Shown one piece after another: positions 6,135 to 14,800 of a DNA stretch of 37,452 nucleotides. The stretch is taken from positions 1 to 37,452 of the IMG/VR virus record IMGVR_UViG_3300013093_000119; one strand, given 5' to 3'. The notes under the pieces are model-generated. The model did not search any database, was not told where the DNA came from, and saw only the letters and a program-made list of their open reading frames with translations. The stretch's first letter is position 1. Each line of letters opens with the position of its first letter. This stretch comes from a virus (taxonomy: Duplodnaviria; Caudoviricetes). A program made the translations under genes and the position numbers.

Positions 6135-9134
6135 TTATTCGTGTACTATAGCGGTCTTAGTGAACTTGACAACTGCAGCAGTTTGGGATATAACATTAGC
6201 ATATAGTCTTATATTTCCACTATCAACATTTGCGCTAAATGTAGCAAGAGGTCCAGCCGCGGTGTTTGTATAGAAAATACCATATTCAGTTGTAAATGCC
6301 TGTGTATTATTATGAACCAGTAAGAGCTTTGATATCTGATAGTTATTTGTTGTTGTTGGTTCAGACACCTGTAAAATATAGTCTGCAGATCTATAAGATG
6401 TTATTGGTATAGACTCGATTAAGTTATCACCAATAGCACTAAAACCAGAAACCGTATTAGATACCGTATATCCAATTCCATTTGTAATAACATAGTTGTT
6501 AGATACAAAATTATTAGCTAATACATTCTTGTTAAATGTTGATGTTCCCACAACAGTTAATGTATTTGAGAATGTTACACTGTTAGTAACTGATAGTGTA
6601 TTAGAGAAGTCACCAGATAGAGCAGAGATAGCCCATCTATTTGTAGTGTTTCCTAATGTATATGCATTACTTGTTGGATTTAAGCTTCCTTGTACTAGAC
6701 CATTATATGCCATAGTACCTGCAACCACTAGATTTCCATCTACTGTTAAATTGCCTGCTACGTTTGCATAACTAGCAACACCAAAACTACCAGCAACATT
6801 TGCATTTCCATTAAACTGTGATTTACCAGTAACAGTTAATGTATTTGAGAATGTAGCAGCATTTGTAACTGTAAGTGTATTTGCAACATTAATATAACCT
6901 GCTACAGTTAAGTTATTTGACAATACTGTATTTCCAACAACCGCTAAGGTATTAGAGAAATTAACAGCGTTAGTATATGCCATACTTGTTGTGTTTATAA
7001 CAAGTGCAGTTCCAATAGATATTGTTGCAGCATTAACTGTGCCAGTATGATAGACACCAGTAACGTTAGCTATTAAGTTTGTAGCTACAGTAAATGATAC
7101 AGCATTAATATTTGCATTCGTTGCATTAATAAGAGCATTAGTGGTATTAACCGCACTTACAACTAACCAAGTAGTATTATTAGCACCTAAGTTTAATGTT
7201 CCATTTGTATTATTTGGAGTAATATATCCATTAGTACCATCACCAACAATAGCGAGATTATTAGCAAATATGTAACCAGAGTTACTCCATACATTTCCAT
7301 AAGCACCAATCTGGCCTTCTACTCTTAGCTTATCTGCTGTAGCAGGACTAACGTTTCCTACTCCGACCCAACCAACAACAGACATATTATTAGATAATGT
7401 TGTATTACCTGTAATATTAACTGTATTAGAGAAATTGGCTGTATTTGTTACGGCAAGGCTGTTTGATAGAGTAGTTGCACCGGTAACAATCAGCGTATTT
7501 GATAATGATGTATTACCTGTTACTACCAAAGTATTTGCTAATGATGTAGCATTAGTTACTGAAAGTGTATTTGAAAGTGTTGTAGCACCGGTGACAATCA
7601 ACGTATTTGATAGAGATGTAGTATTTGTAACCAATAATGTATTTGATAGGGTTGTCGCACCAGTTACTGCAAGTGTATTTGCAAATGCAACAGGACCAGC
7701 AACATTTAGTGTACCATTAAGAGTTGTATTTCCAACAATTAATACATCATTAGAAAATGTTGAATTACCGGTAACCAATAAGGTATTTGATAAAGTGACG
7801 TTTCCAGTAACTACTAGTGTATTAGATAGTGTTGTAGTATTAGTTACATTTAATGTATTTGATAGGGTTGTTGCTCCGGTAACACTTAATGTATTTGATA
7901 ATGTAGTAGCACCGGTAACAAATAACTGATTAAACAGATAGCTAGTACCTATTACAGATAAGGTATTCGAAAGTGTAGTATTACCAGTAACCTGTAAAGT
8001 ATTTGATAATGTTGTATTACCTGTTACTACTAAAGTATTTGACAGAGTAGCAGAACCGGTTATAGAAACAGTATTTGAGAATGTTGATGTGTTTGTTACA
8101 CTCAGTGTATTAGATAGAGCTGCAGCATCAGTAACTTCAAGGGTGCTATTAAGCATAGTATCTCCAACAACATAAAGTGTATTAGAGAGTGTAGTATTAC
8201 CGGTAACTTGAAGTGTATTCGATAGTACTGTATTACCAGTAACTAATACATTATTAGAGAATGAAGACGTATTAGTTACAATAAGAGTGTTTCCAAATGA
8301 AACTGCACCATTTACAAACAGTGTATTTGACATAGTAACAGAATTTGTTACTGACAATGTATTTGATAATGATGCAGCACCAATAACTGTTAAGGTATTT
8401 GATCCGGTTATTGAACCACCTATAGTAGTATTACCAGATATATTTGCCGTTCCAGTTACAGCAAGAGTTGCATCTGGATTTGTATTACCTATACCTACAT
8501 TGGCACCTGAAGTAATACGCATAGCTTCATTATTTGCATGTATACCATTTGCAAAGAAGTTTATGTATTTTGCACCTGCAGTACCAATTGAGAGGTTTGT
8601 ATTTCCAACATATACGTAAGCATCAGAAGCACCACTTATTGTCCATGATGTATTAGTATAGTATGATCCACGTATACCTATATCGATGAAATTATTAGAT
8701 AATACACCATTTGTATCATATAATACCAAGTCAGTTGATGCATTGACACCATTACTTGAGTTAGTATGAGATATCTTAGACTGTGAATTATTATTAGTAA
8801 ATGATGATATAATATCATTATTACCATCAGCAGTCCAGCCAATAGTCGTATTTACTAATGTATTTCCAACTGATACTACGGAGTTGATAGATGCGTTTGT
8901 TGTTACTGTTAAAATACCAGTTGTTGTTAAGTTTCCACCTGATAGTGAACTTACATGAATATTATTGGATCCAAAATGACCATTGACAAATGAGTTTCCA
9001 GTAGTTGGAGAACCACCAAGACTCGAGTCGGCAGTTACCGTATTTGTCGATATGATCTGAGTTATATAGTTAGTTACCTGTAGCCACGCGCCGAACGTCT
9101 GACTAGTGGTAAGCTGTGAAACAGGTATACTCAT
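6135..9134 (-). CDS. Fibre-like virion structural protein with long 12-aa repeat shaft, 999 aa
   Basis: N-terminal TFGAWLQVTN motif, EAMRITSGANVGIGNTNP motif, C-terminal YRSADY...LLVHN...TEYG...LATFSA...NIRLY domain typical of T4-like fibres. Confidence 0.8.
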   Translation of the reverse strand: MSIPVSQLTTSQTFGAWLQVTNYITQIISTNTVTADSSLGGSPTTGNSFVNGHFGSNNIHVSSLSGGNLTTTGILTVTTNASINSVVSVGNTLVNTTIGWTADGNNDIISSFTNNNSQSKISHTNSSNGVNASTDLVLYDTNGVLSNNFIDIGIRGSYYTNTSWTISGASDAYVYVGNTNLSIGTAGAKYINFFANGIHANNEAMRITSGANVGIGNTNPDATLAVTGTANISGNTTIGGSITGSNTLTVIGAASLSNTLSVTNSVTMSNTLFVNGAVSFGNTLIVTNTSSFSNNVLVTGNTVLSNTLQVTGNTTLSNTLYVVGDTMLNSTLEVTDAAALSNTLSVTNTSTFSNTVSITGSATLSNTLVVTGNTTLSNTLQVTGNTTLSNTLSVIGTSYLFNQLFVTGATTLSNTLSVTGATTLSNTLNVTNTTTLSNTLVVTGNVTLSNTLLVTGNSTFSNDVLIVGNTTLNGTLNVAGPVAFANTLAVTGATTLSNTLLVTNTTSLSNTLIVTGATTLSNTLSVTNATSLANTLVVTGNTSLSNTLIVTGATTLSNSLAVTNTANFSNTVNITGNTTLSNNMSVVGWVGVGNVSPATADKLRVEGQIGAYGNVWSNSGYIFANNLAIVGDGTNGYITPNNTNGTLNLGANNTTWLVVSAVNTTNALINATNANINAVSFTVATNLIANVTGVYHTGTVNAATISIGTALVINTTSMAYTNAVNFSNTLAVVGNTVLSNNLTVAGYINVANTLTVTNAATFSNTLTVTGKSQFNGNANVAGSFGVASYANVAGNLTVDGNLVVAGTMAYNGLVQGSLNPTSNAYTLGNTTNRWAISALSGDFSNTLSVTNSVTFSNTLTVVGTSTFNKNVLANNFVSNNYVITNGIGYTVSNTVSGFSAIGDNLIESIPITSYRSADYILQVSEPTTTNNYQISKLLLVHNNTQAFTTEYGIFYTNTAAGPLATFSANVDSGNIRLYANVISQTAAVVKFTKTAIVHE
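7371..8402 (-). repeat. 28-29 uninterrupted 36-nt / 12-aa repeats (consensus SNTLxVTGxTTL)
   Basis: Counted from the translation; the first unit starts at 8402 and the 29th at 7394 (8402 minus 28x36); further scattered copies occur down to about 6530. Confidence 0.9.
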
Positions 9135-9352
9135 TATTGGATTCTTTCTAGTATTTTAGTGAGCAGATCTTTTATCTCTGAGACATCTTTTTTAAGATTA
9201 TTGTGTTCTTCAACAACATTAGCTAATCTTAACTTAAAATCTCTCTCTTCTCTATATTTATTCAAAGCATTTAGATCTTTATTAAGAATAGCTTTACTAT
9301 TCATATCCCTAACAAGATCTGACCTATCTTTTACTTTAACATACTCACTCAT
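9134..9352 (-). CDS. Conserved small coiled-coil protein of T4-like baseplate/fibre region
   Basis: 72 aa; LVRDMNSKAILN...LKKDVSEIKDLL; TAATG coupling to the downstream gene. Confidence 0.75.
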   Translation of the reverse strand: MSEYVKVKDRSDLVRDMNSKAILNKDLNALNKYREERDFKLRLANVVEEHNNLKKDVSEIKDLLTKILERIQ

Positions 9353-9353
9353 A

Positions 9354-11819
9354 TCATGCCTGCAGGTTAATAACTCTCAGATCACTGACTCTAGGAACTA
9401 GTGCTGTACTATCGGCTACAGGAATAAACTTCATTGCGTATTGTATATAGCTGTCATACACAGCATCATTAATTGTGCAGTATCTGACAATATTATAATT
9501 CTGATCATATAAGAATGCAGACGTTGTGGACTCTATACCCGGTATCACACCAATTGCTGCATTTGTAGAATTAAATGAAGGTGCACGATCAATTACGAAG
9601 GATGTAGAGTTTGTCACATATAGTACTTGTCTGACATTAAAGTTCTTAGTAGCAGCATCAGATAGGAGATATATGAATGAATTGTTCGTCAATCCTATAG
9701 TAGATGGGCAAGTAACAGACGTAATCGATGTATTCGTGACACTATTTGCTGCATAAAGCATCTCACTATTGTTGAAACCATAGGTTATCTCAACAAGGTC
9801 ATGGCTGTTTATTCTACTACTTAGTAGAGTATTGTCACTAGTCTCAGCTAGTTTTGTCCAAGCCTTGCTGCTAAATGGATCATTGTCAGCAGAGTGTTGC
9901 ACTCTCGCGTACATGTTTATATTTGTGTTTGCTGGTCGATATGCTCCAATATAGACCTGTATATCCTCAGAATCTTGATTAGCTGCAAGAATAATATTTT
10001 TTGAGATATATCTTGAAGCAAGATAATAACCATTATTATTAGCTTCATTAAATGCTTCAGCATTAAAGACATATCCAGTATTTGCAGTGGTACTGTCAGT
10101 AAATGCTGCATTAGGTGAGAATGCACCGTTTACATTTACTAGTCTAATATATGTGTTGTTTGCATACTCAACTGTTCCATATGCGGTATTACCATAACTT
10201 GTTTGGGTTATAATATCACCCTTAAATAATACTGAACTTGTAGCATTAATAGTTAGGTAATAACCACTTAGCTGATAATCTTGTGGTACAAAGTTTTGTG
10301 TATAAACTACGTTTGTTCTGATAGTATCTACTACAGGAGATATCTTATTATTTGCGCTATCCATATCAACTTTTAAAGTAACCGAGTATGTTCCAGATCT
10401 ACCACCTGGTAGAACTGAATACTCGTTACTTCTAGACATAGCAACTCTCTCTATATCAGTTAATTCCAAAATAGTTTCATTATGAAGAGGAATAAATGAT
10501 GGATCTGCATCTCTTGAAGAGTTATTTGCAAGACCTTGGAAAGAGAAAACTAGATCAGTATTTGCAGGGGCTATAGATGATAGCTGAGGTGTTATGCTAT
10601 TATAAACCGGGTCAAATACTTTATAGAAGTTAGCACTAGATCCAGATGTTAAACCTATCATAGCAACATTAGAGACACCACTAAAGTTAACTGAACTATT
10701 TGAGCTACTAGAGTCAAGAATACCATAATAGTTATTATCAGTATTAGGATATGTCTTACTACCAGAGTAGAATCCAGTTAGTAGACCATCATTAATAAGT
10801 CTTCCATAACGTGCTGAAGATGATGTAAATGTTATGGCATTATTAACCTGTATAGTTGTACTATTAGGTATGGCAGTTACACTAACGACCTGTATAGTTG
10901 ATAGGTCAGATGGTGAAACGTGTATTGCATGACCGTAAGAAAATATGCTTGAGTCAGGAACAGTTATAGTATTTGAACCAATCGTGGTTACAACATTCTG
11001 AGAATATGTTAATACTGTTGTGTTTGCACCTGTAGTTAGGTCTTGTAAAAGACCGTTACTAAATGCTCCAGTAGCAGATTGTATGCTTATTTTACCACTT
11101 GCAACATTATAAATTACACCATTGGCAGATCCTTGCGAAACAGTATCACCGATACTAATAGTTCCGGTATTTCCAGTAACTGTCAATACAGCTATGTTAT
11201 AATATCCATTACTGAATACTATTTGTTCTCTTGGATAAAATGGTCCAGTTGGATTATTAAAGATTATCCATTCTTCGTCTGGAGTAGTAAAATATGCTGA
11301 TCCAGATGAAGAAGTAAAGTTAGCAATGTATATCTGGTATTTTATATCTTCTGTTATAATAGGTGTCCAATCTCTATCATTTGATGATAGGAATAGATCA
11401 CCGGAATCATTATTAGTATAGATAGGAGTCTGTGTAGTTGCATCTTGGTCACCAACAACAGCTGTCCAAATATTATATGAAGGGTCTCCTCCCATAGGAG
11501 CAACAACGAATGCATAAGACTTATTTGATTGAACAAATACGGGTGTATCAAACTCAAATATAGTTGGAACTGAAGCATCGATGGAAGCGCAAATGGCAGG
11601 ATTACCATTATATGTGTCACCAATATATAGCTTCTTACTGGCAAATGGAAGACTCTCTGATGTAGGAGAACCATTTTCAGTTGTTCTTATTTGCATCTCA
11701 ACACCATTAGTAGCACTAATAGATTGGAAATATACTGCTATCTTAGTGATGTATACTCCTGCCACACCAGTAGGTGATGGAGGCTCATTGACGAAAAATG
11801 TCTGTCCAATAGGCTTCAT
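9354..11819 (-). CDS. C-terminal half of DUF4815/VrlC-like baseplate protein, encoded as a separate gene (821 aa)
   Basis: Begins MKPIGQTFFV...GVYITKIAVYF...QIRTTENGSP, matching the internal DPLAQTF...GVF...QIR...NGxP block of VrlC-like proteins; ends YAMKFI...VPRVSDLRVINLQA; own GAGG RBS. Confidence 0.75.
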   Translation of the reverse strand: MKPIGQTFFVNEPPSPTGVAGVYITKIAVYFQSISATNGVEMQIRTTENGSPTSESLPFASKKLYIGDTYNGNPAICASIDASVPTIFEFDTPVFVQSNKSYAFVVAPMGGDPSYNIWTAVVGDQDATTQTPIYTNNDSGDLFLSSNDRDWTPIITEDIKYQIYIANFTSSSGSAYFTTPDEEWIIFNNPTGPFYPREQIVFSNGYYNIAVLTVTGNTGTISIGDTVSQGSANGVIYNVASGKISIQSATGAFSNGLLQDLTTGANTTVLTYSQNVVTTIGSNTITVPDSSIFSYGHAIHVSPSDLSTIQVVSVTAIPNSTTIQVNNAITFTSSSARYGRLINDGLLTGFYSGSKTYPNTDNNYYGILDSSSSNSSVNFSGVSNVAMIGLTSGSSANFYKVFDPVYNSITPQLSSIAPANTDLVFSFQGLANNSSRDADPSFIPLHNETILELTDIERVAMSRSNEYSVLPGGRSGTYSVTLKVDMDSANNKISPVVDTIRTNVVYTQNFVPQDYQLSGYYLTINATSSVLFKGDIITQTSYGNTAYGTVEYANNTYIRLVNVNGAFSPNAAFTDSTTANTGYVFNAEAFNEANNNGYYLASRYISKNIILAANQDSEDIQVYIGAYRPANTNINMYARVQHSADNDPFSSKAWTKLAETSDNTLLSSRINSHDLVEITYGFNNSEMLYAANSVTNTSITSVTCPSTIGLTNNSFIYLLSDAATKNFNVRQVLYVTNSTSFVIDRAPSFNSTNAAIGVIPGIESTTSAFLYDQNYNIVRYCTINDAVYDSYIQYAMKFIPVADSTALVPRVSDLRVINLQA

Positions 11820-11840
11820 ATTTTATTTGTCCTCTAGATT

Positions 11841-14800
11841 TTAAATATTTATTGTCTTTGGAAAGCCGAATCTTCCGCCAAATACCTTACTTATTGAGTA
11901 TAGAATAAAGAATAAGCCGATCATTGCACACGAGGTGAATCTGCTTATGTTCTCTTCCTCTAGCGGCTTGGATCTTGGAAGCTTCGATATAAGCTTACTT
12001 ATAGGCTTTCCAATACCCATAATAATTCTACCAGCTAGATTATCCTTTTCTCTCATTCCCATCAGATACTGCATGTGTTGTGCCCATGGAGTAGCAATTC
12101 TATGGGTGATCTTTGTTGTAAGCTCAAGCTCTCTCTTTCTGCGCTTCTCTGGATCTCTAATCCAAATCATGACATTAGGAGTGTCACCTGATAACCAGTT
12201 AACAACATGCTTTGCCCAACGAATATAACCCCAATAAACTTCTGGATCCGTAGCTCTTAGTGCTTCACCGAACATCTGATCGGCAATGAATGTTTGTTCA
12301 TCCATTAGACCCATCTGATAAAGTTTAGTACAAATAATACAACCACAACTACAGTCATCACCCGTATGAACAGGAGGTGGTACAGTGTGAGTTAGTGTAG
12401 TAGAATCTAGTACTGCTAAACCAGAAACAGTTGCACTCTCTGTAACTTCTGTTGAATTAAGAACAGTTTGTCTTGTACTTAATATAGAAGTCTGAGTGCT
12501 AAACGCTAATTTAGAACCATAGAAAGTTGTTGATGCGGTTGTTGTTACAGCATCCTGACCTTGCTCCAGACTTGATATATCCGTCAACATGAATATATTC
12601 TCTTCTGACTTAAATGTATTAGGCGGAATATAGAATATACCAGAAGCTGTACCATTACTATCAGTCGTACATGCATAGTTGATATTGTTAACGTCCTTTG
12701 GAGCGTCTAGCATATAACCGTAAACAGTAGAACCCGTTCCAGTGCGAACCCACTGTCCATATGTATATCCAGCAGACTCACCAAAATATGCTAGTATTCT
12801 TGGATCACCAACACCAGGAGAATTAGGTACGTTAACATCATATATGTACTGCGAGCAGTGTGTCGACATTGGAACATTAGAGAAGTAAGCATATAGCTTT
12901 GTATTTGGCTTCATGCCGCTAACTATAAATCTTATAGTAGCAGCCTTAATATATGGAAGTATACTGATATTATTAACAAATGTACCCAGATTTAAGTTTG
13001 CATCACTCACGGTATTTGTTAGTTGTGTACCAGTACGCGAAACATTAGTTTGTGTATTTACTAATGTTTGTGTATCTGTTGTAGTATCTTTACTTCCATC
13101 CGCATTTGTTATCGAAGTAGAACTTGAAGCATTAATTAAAGTATTGCTGCTAATTGTAGCCGCAGCAACCCAGTTACCCCACTGTGTTCCCCAAGCATTT
13201 TGAAGATTTAAGAAGTTCTGGGCTAGATCTAAGTTATTAACAATATCTGGAGAAACTGTAGTATCTGGGGAATCTGTACCTGATGGTGTAAGTGTAATAA
13301 TTCCATTATAGGTATAGATATTTCCTTCTACACATGGTCTATATCTTGATGCATATCCTTGAGATATGTATACGTTATTACTTGTATGACTTAACATCAC
13401 AAGCTCACCATGTTTTACTACGCCAGTACTTAGTTGGCTATTAAATTCAAAGTTGCTCTTAAATTGTGAGTGAGCGGGTCTTGCCTCTCCAGAAGCAGTG
13501 TCAAGACCAATATAGTATTTTGGATCAAGAGTATTTGATCTACTAAAATCCTTAAATGATTCTACATAGATTCCATTCTGGAATCTGTTCTGACCAGTAG
13601 TAGCGCTTCTTGTCTGAAGGCTAGCCGCAGACTGCTCTAGTAAAGATAGAGAAGTATAGTACTCGATATTATCGATTCTCTTCTCAATCTTTTTAATGTC
13701 CTGCATCGTATATCTCTTATTTTGTAAGAGAGTAGATGTTATTGCATAATCATATCTATTATATGTTTTTGCATCTGTAGTTGCTAGTGAAGGATATGGA
13801 GGTATTGACACAAATCCAAGTGTCATCATACCCGCTCTCTCAAGAGGAGCAACTGGATTTACTGCGTCAGGAATTCCTTCTGCAACCACTACACTACCTG
13901 CAGTATTCATCATTACTCTATCAATTCTCTTCATATAATATGAGAGATCTGTTTGGAATAGAGAGTCAGGAGTAGGAAGATATGGTGTGCTACTAAATGT
14001 TAGTGTAGATGAAGGATTAACTGTAGCTGCGGAAACTGTTGTTGCGTTTGCTACCGCTGTATTTGTAGCAAATGGACGGAAGTCGATCGAGTCTCTTAGA
14101 TCAAACACATTACCCTTACTATTTGTATACACAGGAATCTGTGCAGTGACAATAGCACTAGTATTTGCTGCTCCATTAACATCATCAACAGGATAAGAGT
14201 CACCGGTGAAGAAACCTACACCCTGAGATGTATTATATGTATATGTGGTCATCTTGACCAATATAGTTGATGTATTTGATAAAATACCGCCAGCAGTTGA
14301 AGTGTTTATAGAGATTTTAGCTAGATCATAATGAGCGTCTCTCTGTCCATTATCAAGAGTAAAATAGCTAGAATAATTAGTTCCAGAATTAGAATAAGTG
14401 TGATTAGTTCCAATGTAGATACCATCAATACTTACTACATCCGGAACACCAAGTGACCAAGGACCAGAAACACCGCCAACATTATTTGAGCAATCTATCT
14501 TTACATAAACATCTCTATTAATTACTTTCTTAATAGAGATCGATGGGCTAGTGTTACTAGCTGTTGATCTATTAACACTAAAGAATACGTCAGCTGAGAA
14601 TGATCCCTTTGGTGTCATATCACCAATAGTCAATATAGCCTGTTGGCCAGAAACGTTAATAGTTCTTGCAGAACGATTACTAAATGGAATAACAGATCCA
14701 GCAGGAATTGTTTTTGTAAATGTAGTTCCTGTATTTGTCGCTGCTATAGCAGGTGTAACAGTCATCGATATATTATTTGCTATAGATACAATTTGAACAG

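Noticed and set aside
295-8402. CRISPR array or DGR template/variable repeats suggested by the 45-nt and 36-nt periodicities
   Set aside because: Repeats are in-frame, degenerate at synonymous sites, lack unique spacers or adenine-specific mismatches, and no reverse transcriptase or cas gene is in the window.
11817-11843. Read-through or sequencing error explaining the DUF4815 split
   Set aside because: Two in-frame TAA stops and a dedicated GAGG RBS indicate a real two-gene arrangement.
11841-12360. Intein/Hint domain at the Cys cluster
   Set aside because: No Hint block motifs (TxxH, terminal HN) and the region looks helical; kept only as an analogy.
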